From Candidatus Aminicenantes bacterium (lineage in GTDB: Bacteria; Acidobacteriota; Aminicenantia; UBA2199), in assembly GCA_016934745.1 (NCBI GenBank), contig JAFGSF010000062.1:64843-128842 (forward strand): a stretch of 64,000 bases of DNA, read 5' to 3'. A program made the translations under genes and the position numbers. The first letter of the stretch is position 1, and every line of letters starts with the position of its first letter. The notes under the pieces were generated by a model. That model had not been told where the DNA came from and made no database searches. It was given only the letters and a program-made list of their open reading frames with translations. This document shows positions 26,731 to 35,438 of this stretch, in pieces.

Positions 26731-27642
26731 CTATCTTGTCGGAATAACGTAATGCCGGCCCTGAAAAGCGTCCGCTTGTTTCATTTTAAGCCTGATCGAG
26801 TTTAAAACAGCCGGCTTGTTCAATGCCCATTCCGGCGCAACAAAAATTTCCTTTTCCCTTTCGGCCGTAAGCCGATGAATCACGATATCGGGATCAAGAT
26901 GGTCCAAGAGAAAAACAATCAGCTCCGTGTATTCCTTTTGGGTGAGCAGGGGAAACGGCGTTTGCAGATATTGTCGATGCAAGGCGGTGTCTTTTAAAAT
27001 ATGCAGCAAATGAAATTTAATACCCTGTGGCTTCAAGCGGTTCATTTCCTCTATGGTGGCCAGCATGTTTTCTCGGGACTCACCCGGAATGCCAACAATC
27101 AGATGAACAACCGTGTCAATGTTCACAGATTGCAATTTCTGAAAAGTTTCCAGGAATTGCGGGTAGGAATGATTGCGGTTTAAAAATTTTAAACTTGATT
27201 CATGGATCGATTGCAAGCCCAATTCGATCGTGACATACAGGCGCTGATTGAATTCCTCAAGAAGAAACAAAACCGGATTGGAGATAATATCAGGTCGGGT
27301 GCCGATAGACAGTCCGACAATATTTTCATAGTTGAAAACTATTTCGTATTTACACTTCAGGTCTGAAATTGAACCATAGGTGTTGCTGTGAGACTGAAAA
27401 TAGGCTATATACTTTTTACCGGGATGGGCCGCCATAAAGGTTTCAATTTGCTGTTCGATAGGCCAACCCGCCGTACGAACCGGTCCTGCAGCATATTGAT
27501 CGCAAAAAACACATCCTTTCCAGCTAATCGAACCATCCCGGTTTGGACAGGCAAAACCGGCATTGAGTGGAATTTTTAGGATTTTTTGTCCGGGAAACTT
27601 TTTCTTTAAAAAATCTGACAACGAATTATACGAATCATTCAT
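26731..27642 (-). CDS. TIGR01212 family radical SAM protein
   Basis: 303 aa with the characteristic CPNRDGSISWKGCVFC cluster motif near the N-terminus. Confidence 0.85.
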   Translation of the reverse strand: MNDSYNSLSDFLKKKFPGQKILKIPLNAGFACPNRDGSISWKGCVFCDQYAAGPVRTAGWPIEQQIETFMAAHPGKKYIAYFQSHSNTYGSISDLKCKYEIVFNYENIVGLSIGTRPDIISNPVLFLLEEFNQRLYVTIELGLQSIHESSLKFLNRNHSYPQFLETFQKLQSVNIDTVVHLIVGIPGESRENMLATIEEMNRLKPQGIKFHLLHILKDTALHRQYLQTPFPLLTQKEYTELIVFLLDHLDPDIVIHRLTAEREKEIFVAPEWALNKPAVLNSIRLKMKQADAFQGRHYVIPTR

Positions 27643-28003
27643 TTAGAATCGCTTGAATGCCCTTGTACAAGGCTTCAAGATTCAACGGTTTTTCATAAAA
27701 ACCTTCTAAATAGATATCATCAATTTTTTTTCTGACTTCGTCCTGGTGATAAATTCCGGATATGGCGATAATCGGAGTAAAAAAACGATCTTTTATTTCA
27801 CGCATAACATCAACGCCATGTTCTTTGGGAAGCAGCAAATCCGTTATGACCAAATCCGGTACATGGTTTTCAGCCAATTCAATGGCTTTTTGGCCATCGT
27901 GGGCGATCCGTATTTCAAAACCCCTTTCTTCAAGAAATTCTTTTAACAGCAAGCAAATTTCCTTGTCGTCATCAACTATTAAAATTATTTTATTTTCGCC
28001 CAT
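27635..28003 (-). CDS. stand-alone response regulator receiver domain (CheY-like)
   Basis: 122 aa with the acidic pocket IVDDD and the phospho-acceptor context LVITDLLLP. There is no output domain. It overlaps both neighbours. Confidence 0.85.
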   Translation of the reverse strand: MGENKIILIVDDDKEICLLLKEFLEERGFEIRIAHDGQKAIELAENHVPDLVITDLLLPKEHGVDVMREIKDRFFTPIIAISGIYHQDEVRKKIDDIYLEGFYEKPLNLEALYKGIQAILNE

Positions 28004-28544
28004 TTTTCTCTCTTAGATAGACCAATGAATATTCACACCAGGACCACAGCAAAAAAGCCGAACTCAGGACTATAAAAAACCGTTTGAGCAAAAATAAATC
28101 GATGGAATCACTGAGATCGACAATGAAAACAAAAATCAACAAGCTGAGTAGGCCGAAAGTAAACTTGCCTATCACCAGGGAAGGTTTGATAATCTTCCTG
28201 CCCTTGAACAACAAGAAACTGGCCCAGAGAATCAAAATATCCCGCAAAACGATAAAAACAGCCAACCATACTGGAAAATCAAACTTGATGGTTAGTGTGA
28301 ATAACAGGGACAAAACCAGGAATTTGTCCGCCAAGGGATCTATAATTTTACCTAAATCGCTCTCTTGAGAAAAGCAGCGGGCAATAAATCCATCCAAAAA
28401 ATCAAGAAATACGGCAAAGACATAGACAACGATTAAATATGGAAAGATTTGCGGACTGACATGGATCATTAAAAAAATAATGATCGGAATCATAAATATG
28501 CGTAGCATACTTAATATATTGGGCAAAGTAACTGTTTTCTTCAT
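27990..28544 (-). CDS. CDP-alcohol phosphatidyltransferase (PgsA-like)
   Basis: 184 aa with DFLDGFIARCF...GKIIDPLADK, matching D(x)2DG(x)2AR...G(x)3D(x)3D. Confidence 0.85.
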   Translation of the reverse strand: MKKTVTLPNILSMLRIFMIPIIIFLMIHVSPQIFPYLIVVYVFAVFLDFLDGFIARCFSQESDLGKIIDPLADKFLVLSLLFTLTIKFDFPVWLAVFIVLRDILILWASFLLFKGRKIIKPSLVIGKFTFGLLSLLIFVFIVDLSDSIDLFLLKRFFIVLSSAFLLWSWCEYSLVYLREKNGRK

Positions 28545-28552
28545 CGGGATTA

Positions 28553-28581
28553 AAAATATATCAAATCAACAATTAAATCAA
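28553..28581 (-). promoter_or_regulatory. sigma70-type promoter TTGATT-17nt-TATTTT; the -10 ends 8 nt before ATG 28544 (leaderless or near-leaderless)
   Basis: Read on the minus strand. No SD in the gap. Confidence 0.4.
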
Positions 28582-28592
28582 TATTCTAGAAT

Positions 28593-29840
28593 TTATTTTA
28601 AATAAATATCTCCATAATTGTTGTTGATGATTATTTCGGGTTTCTGACCGCTGCGATTGGCAAAATTTTCATCCTTTTCCTGGAAGATATCCAAAGCAAT
28701 GGAAGAATGATTGTATATCCTGCCATGTATTGTTTTTATATTGAAGGTAGGATCGGTCAACCCGCCCAGAAAAAGATTAAGGTTTGCTTGCTGCGATTCT
28801 ATATTTATTCTATCGGCAATTTTTTCACCGATAAAATCTAAATTCCCGTTTTTTAGAAGCACATTCAGGGTTTCTCCCGCACAGTCAGTAATGGCAATAT
28901 CGGCGAATGAATTCTCAATAACCATGCTCTTGGCTTGAACATGGCGGACATCCATTTTACTCGATCGACTCGTCAGATAAACTCGACCCTTAATATTTTC
29001 TATAAAAACAGTTTGGAAAGCATTGGAAAGATTTAGACCATTCTCTATGTTGCGAACCACGACTTTGCTATGGCGTCCGAAGATTTCAGCTTGCCCGGCC
29101 CCATCCAAAATAATGTCGCCATACGCGTGTTCAATGGTAACCCCGGATTTGATTTTTTTTAACCGATAGTTCCCATGCCGTCCCTTCACATGAAGGGAGG
29201 CAGCATTTTCCAGCAAAATATCACCTTGACTTGCTTCAATGTCTACACTTCCGGTGATATTTTTTAAATCCATGTTTCCACGCCGTATTTCTATTCGCAC
29301 CGATGAGGGAATATCCTTTAAAAATAAATTTCCGTTTTTCTGCTTGAGAAAAAGGTCTGTCCCGCATTGACGAACAATCGTATTTCCCAGCTGATTGCGT
29401 ACAGACAACATGACGGCTTCGGGAATCATCACATGAAAATAAGTCCTTAGTCTTTTATAGGGAAAAGCCGACACATAATCCACGCTAACATTTAATTCAC
29501 CATTTTCATTTTCTACATGGATACGTGCATGACGACTGATCTTTTCAACATCCTCCCGATCCAAATAATATACCCTGAAAGATGCCTGAAGATGAACCTG
29601 GCCATCCATTGATTTATCAACGACTATCTCACCGGCAGGATTATCCAAAATGATTTTATGCGGCGCCGGAAAAACCATTTCTTTTTGGGGAAAGGCCTTA
29701 TATTGCTCACTGATCAAAAGTCCTTCACTTAAAAATTCGGGGAAATCGTCAATGAATTTAATGGTGCCTTTTCGGATCGCATTATAAACAAATCCAAAAA
29801 CGATTAATAAAACAACAATGACGATTTCTTTCTTTTTCAT
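28593..29840 (-). CDS. DUF4097-type beta-solenoid (putative adhesin / LiaF-C-like) protein with an N-terminal TM anchor
   Basis: The start is set at ATG 29840 (MKKKEIVIVVLLIVFGF...), in an ATGA overlap with the upstream small gene. It carries many degenerate ~20-aa repeats of the G-N/D-I-x-L-x-N-I-x-G-x-V type. Confidence 0.7.
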   Translation of the reverse strand: MKKKEIVIVVLLIVFGFVYNAIRKGTIKFIDDFPEFLSEGLLISEQYKAFPQKEMVFPAPHKIILDNPAGEIVVDKSMDGQVHLQASFRVYYLDREDVEKISRHARIHVENENGELNVSVDYVSAFPYKRLRTYFHVMIPEAVMLSVRNQLGNTIVRQCGTDLFLKQKNGNLFLKDIPSSVRIEIRRGNMDLKNITGSVDIEASQGDILLENAASLHVKGRHGNYRLKKIKSGVTIEHAYGDIILDGAGQAEIFGRHSKVVVRNIENGLNLSNAFQTVFIENIKGRVYLTSRSSKMDVRHVQAKSMVIENSFADIAITDCAGETLNVLLKNGNLDFIGEKIADRINIESQQANLNLFLGGLTDPTFNIKTIHGRIYNHSSIALDIFQEKDENFANRSGQKPEIIINNNYGDIYLK

Positions 29841-30022
29841 TGATTTTTTTTTGTATACAAATAAATATTTTTCAACCCGATATAAATCAAGATTAATGGC
29901 CAATATTTCCCGATAAGGTACCAGACCCTAATTTCCAAGCCAAAGTTTTTCAATAAAAAAAGCATACCCAAAACCAAAATGATGAATCCCCAAAAAAGTG
30001 ATTCTTTTTTAGCTTTTGCCAT
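29837..30022 (-). CDS. 61-aa two-TM protein (LiaI/LiaF-like TM region, DUF5668-like)
   Basis: MAKAKKESLFWGFIILVLGMLFLL...YWPLILIYIGL. GAGGAG lies 7 nt upstream of ATG 30022. The track's longer 77-aa version would run through the preceding gene's 3' end. Confidence 0.6.
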   Translation of the reverse strand: MAKAKKESLFWGFIILVLGMLFLLKNFGLEIRVWYLIGKYWPLILIYIGLKNIYLYTKKNQ

Positions 30023-30494
30023 TTTTACTCTCCTCGTTTTTGAAGTAATTGTAAACAATCTTAATGCCAAAAATAATCAGTACCAGCGGCCACAGACGTG
30101 TCACTTGGCGATACGTGATCAAATCAAAGTTGGCCAATTGGAAAACAATCCCGATCATCAGCACGATGATTGCAGAAAACAAAGAAAAATCTTCTTTGTT
30201 GTTTGCTGGGTTTTCTTCAGTTAGAATACTCTGATTAATCTTCCCTGCTTCATTAAAGCTGTCAATGATCTGAAAAATAAAAAAGCCGGCAATCAACAGA
30301 CCAAAAACTACCGCATCGGGATCATTGGCATTATCGGTCAAAACAATTAAAACAGCAAAAATAAGCATATAGGTAATGCCCTTGATAATGTTGCCGTTAT
30401 ATATGGCCCCCATACCGGGAAATATTGCCAGAAAAGCAGCTAAAGACGGATTTTTTTCTTTTTGACCCGAGACTAATTTTTGATTGTTATCCAT
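30009..30494 (-). CDS. four-TM membrane protein (PGMGAIYNG motif; C-terminal DUF5668-like helix pair)
   Basis: 161 aa with AAFLAIFPGMGAIYNGNIIKG and a C-terminal LWPLVLIIFGIKIV. It overlaps the anti-sigma gene's stop. Confidence 0.6.
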   Translation of the reverse strand: MDNNQKLVSGQKEKNPSLAAFLAIFPGMGAIYNGNIIKGITYMLIFAVLIVLTDNANDPDAVVFGLLIAGFFIFQIIDSFNEAGKINQSILTEENPANNKEDFSLFSAIIVLMIGIVFQLANFDLITYRQVTRLWPLVLIIFGIKIVYNYFKNEESKNGKS

Positions 30495-31035
30495 TTTTTC
30501 CTCCTTTGCTTAAGCCATCATTCAAATTAAAATCGGAACTAACTTTTTCATTTTTTGTCTGGCTGGCTTTTTTATTAAAAAACGTAAACAAAATCAAATC
30601 TTTGGATTCTTTAACTCTTTCAAACCATCCTCCGGTTCGCACGATAAACGTTTCTATAGAGCCAACCACCACATGCATTTCGCGATTGACCGATGGGAAA
30701 ATATTGGTAAAGTAAAATAGATTTAAAAACAAAATGATGGTTCCGATTGCTGCAGCCAACCATTTGGGGAAAAAAACAGTTTTGGCAAATCTCCTTTTTT
30801 CAGAAATTTCCGGAATATTGAACAGCCTGTTTTTTAGATAAAATGGGACTTCTTCCTGCAAGTCCGACATTTTCAATAGTATCTCTTCCATTTTTTCTTT
30901 CAGATGAAGACAACGGGGGCATTCCGACAAGTGGCGTTCGATGTTGCCGGACTCCGCCGGGGATAATTCGTTTTCCAGGTATGCCGAGAGCCGGGATTCA
31001 ATTTCTTTGCATTTAAAAATCATTGCCCCCCCCAA
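30487..31035 (-). CDS. anti-sigma factor, zf-HC2 type, single TM
   Basis: 182 aa with CKEIESRLSAYLENEL...IERHLSECPRCLHL and one TM helix (WLAAAIGTIILFLNLFYF). It overlaps the 3' end of the ECF sigma gene. An alternative ATG lies at 31023. Confidence 0.8.
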   Translation of the reverse strand: MGGAMIFKCKEIESRLSAYLENELSPAESGNIERHLSECPRCLHLKEKMEEILLKMSDLQEEVPFYLKNRLFNIPEISEKRRFAKTVFFPKWLAAAIGTIILFLNLFYFTNIFPSVNREMHVVVGSIETFIVRTGGWFERVKESKDLILFTFFNKKASQTKNEKVSSDFNLNDGLSKGGKNG

Positions 31036-31564
31036 TAAAAGATTGGGCCAGCTTCAAGCGGGCTCGATTGATACGGGATTTCACCGTTCCTTCGGGGATG
31101 GAAAATTTCACGGCAATTTCCTGATAAGACAAATCCTGAATGTCACGCAAAATTAAAATCACCCTGAGTTCAGGTTCCAACTGCGCTATTTTTTTTCTCA
31201 ATTCCACAATTTCCGATTCCCGGATCGAATGGTCCTCCGGAGTCTGGTCGTGGCCGCTGATTTTTTCGTCTAATTCCTGATTACTTAAAAAGTATTTCTT
31301 GTTTTTACGCCAGTAATCAATGCAGTAGTTGCGAGAAATAGTAAAAAGCCAGGCCGTGAAATTTTTGTCTTCTTTAAACTTTTCTAGATTGTGATAGATT
31401 TTCAGGAAAATATCCTGAGTCACATCGGCGGCGATGTCTTTATCGGCAAAAAAATTCAAGGCGATGTTGTAAACCGCTTTGGAATAATCATTAATCAACA
31501 TATTCCAAGCCTCCTGATCGCCATTCCTGCACCTCAATAAAATTTCTGTTATATCCATACACAC
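31013..31564 (-). CDS. ECF-type RNA polymerase sigma-70 family factor
   Basis: 183 aa with region 2 (DVTQDIFLKIY...) and region 4 HTH (SYQEIAVKFSIPEGTVKSRINRARLKL). The start is GTG 31564 or ATG 31558. Confidence 0.88.
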   Translation of the reverse strand: MCMDITEILLRCRNGDQEAWNMLINDYSKAVYNIALNFFADKDIAADVTQDIFLKIYHNLEKFKEDKNFTAWLFTISRNYCIDYWRKNKKYFLSNQELDEKISGHDQTPEDHSIRESEIVELRKKIAQLEPELRVILILRDIQDLSYQEIAVKFSIPEGTVKSRINRARLKLAQSFIGGGNDF

Positions 31565-31622
31565 CTATAAACGAAATAAAAAAATTAAAAGTTCTTTGAG
31601 AAGAAAGTTATCTCTTTTCATA

Positions 31623-32741
31623 TCAAACAATAATCCTTGGAATCAAGGGATTAATCCGCGCCAATATTTCATAATTGATTGTGCCGGCCAGCTCAGCCAG
31701 CACGTCGGCATGGATCTTTTCGCCATTCTCCTCGCCCAGAATAAGGACCCGGTCGCCAATTTTTACATTTTTTACATGCGTAACATCCACCATGAACATA
31801 TCCATGCAAATTCTGCCCCGAATGGGGGCCTTAACACCATGGACCAAGATTTGTGCGATATTGGAAAGCTTGCGATCGTAACCATCATAATATCCCACCG
31901 GCACGACAATGATTTTTACATTATTATAAGTCCGGTAACTCAGTCCGTACCCGATAGCCGATCCTTTTTTAATCTGCTTGATTTGTGCAACTTTTGCCAC
32001 CCAGCTTAGAACGGGCTTTAAAATTATTTTTTTGCTGCTTTTTTCCAAATACAAAGCATGGGTCTGCTTGGATGGCCAATAGCCGTAAGCCGAAATGCCT
32101 ATCCTCACCATATCAAAGAATGTTTTTGGAAAAAGCAGGCTTGAAGCAGAACTGGAGAAATGCCTTAGAATTCTTCCAGCTGGGACGTGCTTCAGCACCT
32201 GATTATAAATGGCCAGCTGCTGTTGGGCAAAAGTTGGGTCGGTGGTGTCTTCAATATTGGCAAAATGTGAATAAATTCCCCGTAATTCAAGTTGTGGGTC
32301 AGGAAAATTCCGCAGCAACCGAGTAACCTTCTCGGGTTCAAGGCCCAGGCGCTGTGTTCCGGTTTCCAACTTCAAATGAATGAAAGCCTTTCGGTTGATT
32401 TTTTTGGCGATTTCCTTGGACAATTTAAATTGATCGTTTGATGGAACGACTGTTTCAAAACCGTTGGCGATGATTTCCGTTAATTCGGCCCGATCGCTCC
32501 AACCCAAAATTAAAATGGGTTTTTGTTGCTGCCGCGACTTTATCAACATGGCTTCAGATATGGAATCCACGGCATAATAATCTACCAGCGGCAGATCCTT
32601 GATGATCTCGATAATTTCATTTAAACCATGGCCATACGCATTGGCCTTGACTACAAACATTATTTTTCTTCGCGTTATTTCCTTGAACACTTTCAAGTTA
32701 TGCAGCAAATTGGCTTTGTTTAATTCAATATGTGTTTTCAT
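31623..32741 (-). CDS. alr: alanine racemase
   Basis: 372 aa with the PLP-lysine motif VVKANAYGHG and a conserved C-terminal beta domain. Confidence 0.9.
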   Translation of the reverse strand: MKTHIELNKANLLHNLKVFKEITRRKIMFVVKANAYGHGLNEIIEIIKDLPLVDYYAVDSISEAMLIKSRQQQKPILILGWSDRAELTEIIANGFETVVPSNDQFKLSKEIAKKINRKAFIHLKLETGTQRLGLEPEKVTRLLRNFPDPQLELRGIYSHFANIEDTTDPTFAQQQLAIYNQVLKHVPAGRILRHFSSSASSLLFPKTFFDMVRIGISAYGYWPSKQTHALYLEKSSKKIILKPVLSWVAKVAQIKQIKKGSAIGYGLSYRTYNNVKIIVVPVGYYDGYDRKLSNIAQILVHGVKAPIRGRICMDMFMVDVTHVKNVKIGDRVLILGEENGEKIHADVLAELAGTINYEILARINPLIPRIIV

Positions 32742-32826
32742 TCAGTTCACAGGCCTGCTTATGCATGATTGGTTTCTGCCAACTATTATAGCAAATAAAT
32801 TCTTTGCGATAAGCAATCTTTCGAAA

Positions 32827-33828
32827 TTATTCCACTTTTTTCAATTTCGAGATAATCAGGATCAAAAAGAAAGGCGCTCCGAACAAGGAAGTGATGATGC
32901 CGACCGGAACTTCAACGGGAGGCATCAGTATCCGGGCAAAAAAATCGGCCAGAACCAAAAATCCGCCACCCAATAACAGTGACAAAATAACCGTTTCGTG
33001 GAAATTGCTCTGGCCCCAGATCCTGGCAACGTGAGGCACAATCAGGGCAATGAAGCCAATAGGCCCGCAAATTGAAACAACCGCACCCACAATGAACGCC
33101 AAGCCCAGAAAAGAATAGATTCTAAAACGAGCGACATGCAAACCACGGCTTTGCGCGAAATGATCTCCGGCGGAAGCCAGTAGGAATTCTTGCTTGAACA
33201 AAAAAACAAAAAACAAAAAAATGAATAAAAGCATGCCTAAAAATGCAATTTCTCGATAGCCTACCACGGAAATTCCACCCATCAGCCAACGCAGCAATGA
33301 AAAAGTATTGGAAAAATCAAATAAATATTGAAAAAATACGATCAGGGCTGAATAGAAAAAATTGAGCGCCACCCCGCACATTAAAAAAGTATAAAGCGAT
33401 GAATTGCGCACCATTCGTGAAATAAGCAGGACAAAGAAAACCGATGACAAGGCACCCAGATAGGAAAATAAAATCAAACCTCCAAAGCCAATGAAAGAAA
33501 CCAAGAGATTGAATTTCAATGCCAGAACCGCGCCGGCCGCCGCCCCGGACGAAATCCCCAATAGATCCGGTGTGGCCAGATCGTTTTTAAAAAGATTTTG
33601 ACAAACCAACCCGGACAGGGCCAAAATGGAACCGGCCACAAATCCCAATATGGTCCGGGGCACGCGTAACTGCCAGAAAACAAAACTACTGGGATTACTT
33701 TTAAAAATTGTTTGCCAATGGATGGGAATGATGCCCAGAAACGGGGTCAGGAACATCAGGGCCAAAACGATCGCGGCCAGCACATAGATTTTTTTACTCA
33801 TGGATATAAATAATTTCCTTACTGTCAA
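32827..33828 (-). CDS. FecCD-family ABC permease (BtuC-like, cobalamin/siderophore type)
   Basis: 333 aa polytopic FecCD-like protein, the last gene of a riboswitch-led operon. Confidence 0.85.
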   Translation of the reverse strand: MTVRKLFISMSKKIYVLAAIVLALMFLTPFLGIIPIHWQTIFKSNPSSFVFWQLRVPRTILGFVAGSILALSGLVCQNLFKNDLATPDLLGISSGAAAGAVLALKFNLLVSFIGFGGLILFSYLGALSSVFFVLLISRMVRNSSLYTFLMCGVALNFFYSALIVFFQYLFDFSNTFSLLRWLMGGISVVGYREIAFLGMLLFIFLFFVFLFKQEFLLASAGDHFAQSRGLHVARFRIYSFLGLAFIVGAVVSICGPIGFIALIVPHVARIWGQSNFHETVILSLLLGGGFLVLADFFARILMPPVEVPVGIITSLFGAPFFLILIISKLKKVE

Positions 33829-34549
33829 TCATCAAGCGCTTCACCGACACCTGGTAAATATCATGAAACAACGATGCAGAAAATCTTTTTTCGCCAAAAT
33901 ACTGGGTTTGGCCATTTTTCAAGGCTAGCATTTTATTGGCAATGGGGAAAAAGTACTGGATTAAATGGGAAACCAGCAATATTGTTTTCCCTTGCTCATG
34001 CATTTCCTTGAGCATTTTAACCACCTGAATCGCGCTGGATGGATCTAAAAAATTCAACGGCTCATCCAGTAGAATGAGCGGAACATCCTGAATGAAAGCG
34101 CTGGCCAGTAAAACTTTTTTCCTTTCGCCGCCGCTGAGCGTCAGCATGTTGCGGTCGACAAAGTCCGCCAGCTCGAATCGTTCAACCGTTTTATCAAATA
34201 GTTCATAATCGCGGCGGGAATATTTTTTGAAGAGAGACCCGTAGGGGTAACGGCCGGACAGCAGGATATCTTTGACCAGCATCGGTAAGTTAAACTCGTC
34301 AAACTGGGGCAAATAAGCAACGTGAGTGGCCAACTCCTTTTTTGAACAGAGCAAGATGTTTTTCCGGCCGATAAAAATGCCTCCTTGTTTGGTAGTCAAA
34401 ATTCCAGCCATTAATTTTAAAATGGTCGATTTTCCCGCCCCATTGGGCCCAAAGATTAAAAGAAAATCATTTTCATTCAATGAAAAATCCACATTTTGTA
34501 AAATGGATTTATTTCCGATCTGATAAGATACGTGCGCCGCTTTAATCAT
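33794..34549 (-). CDS. ABC transporter ATP-binding protein (BtuD/FepC-like)
   Basis: 251 aa with Walker A GPNGAGKST, signature LSGGERKKV and Walker B ILLDEP. Confidence 0.9.
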   Translation of the reverse strand: MIKAAHVSYQIGNKSILQNVDFSLNENDFLLIFGPNGAGKSTILKLMAGILTTKQGGIFIGRKNILLCSKKELATHVAYLPQFDEFNLPMLVKDILLSGRYPYGSLFKKYSRRDYELFDKTVERFELADFVDRNMLTLSGGERKKVLLASAFIQDVPLILLDEPLNFLDPSSAIQVVKMLKEMHEQGKTILLVSHLIQYFFPIANKMLALKNGQTQYFGEKRFSASLFHDIYQVSVKRLMIDSKEIIYIHE

Positions 34550-34552
34550 GAA

Positions 34553-35428
34553 TTAATTTTTGCTGACCGACTTTTCAAGTTTTTTGGCCGGGCTTAAAAT
34601 ATCGGCCAATTCCTCGGCGACAAGCCCAATCCGCGATCCGGGCCTCAACCAAAAAGATTTTTTTATTATTGTTATGCGCTGATTTCGAACCGCTTGCAGC
34701 ATGGTGAATGGCCTCCATAGTTGAAAAATTATTTCGTCGCTAATCCCTTCATAAAATGCGGAAACTTCAAGGATCAATTCCGGATCAAGAAAGATAACTG
34801 TTTCCATCGAGATGTTGGGATAATCAACCGCACCTTGATACGCGTTCATGCCCCCGGCAATTTCCAAAAGCTCATTCAAAAAATCACTTCGACCGACAAT
34901 ATACATATTCTTCAATTCATCGGCGTTGCGGCCGGCAACGATCAACGTTCTGATTTTTTTTTTGCCCCTGTTCTCGACAGCAACCGCGGCTAAATTATTT
35001 TTCATGGCCAAAACCATCTCGCGAGCCTTCTTTTCTGCATGCAGGACGCCGCCGATTTTTATAATGGAATCAAACAAATCAGACAGGGTTTTATGCTTCA
35101 CAACCAGCACCCGGACCCGTGACTCTAATAATTTCACCTTGGCATAATGTTCAGGGTAGGCAATGATGACTTCCGGAGTCAAAGCCAGAAGGGCCTCCAT
35201 ATTCATATCCAGCAGACCGCCGATTTTGGCAATTTTAAGAGCCTCATCCGGAAAATCACAAAATTTTGTGACGCCAACCAGTTGGCCGCCTCTGCCCAAA
35301 GTGAAAACGATTTCAGTGATGGCTGGGGCCATGGATACCACCCGTTGTGAAAAAATCACTTGGTGCAATATGACAAATATGAAAAATAAAATAGTTTTTT
35401 TTGTTTTCACTTTTACAGCCAATGACAA
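34553..35428 (-). CDS. periplasmic binding protein, class III (BtuF-like)
   Basis: 291 aa with a signal peptide and VVSMAPAITEIVFTLG..., typical of the BtuF/FhuD cluster. Confidence 0.8.
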   Translation of the reverse strand: MSLAVKVKTKKTILFFIFVILHQVIFSQRVVSMAPAITEIVFTLGRGGQLVGVTKFCDFPDEALKIAKIGGLLDMNMEALLALTPEVIIAYPEHYAKVKLLESRVRVLVVKHKTLSDLFDSIIKIGGVLHAEKKAREMVLAMKNNLAAVAVENRGKKKIRTLIVAGRNADELKNMYIVGRSDFLNELLEIAGGMNAYQGAVDYPNISMETVIFLDPELILEVSAFYEGISDEIIFQLWRPFTMLQAVRNQRITIIKKSFWLRPGSRIGLVAEELADILSPAKKLEKSVSKN

Positions 35429-35438
35429 TGAAATTCAA

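Noticed and set aside
34954-34963. T10 (A10 on the coding strand) homopolymer inside the BtuF-like gene
   Set aside because: It encodes a Lys run (GKKKIRT) in the middle of a transporter component. There is nothing to suggest phase variation beyond what A+T-rich Lys codons produce. It is noted only as a possible source of sequencing indels.
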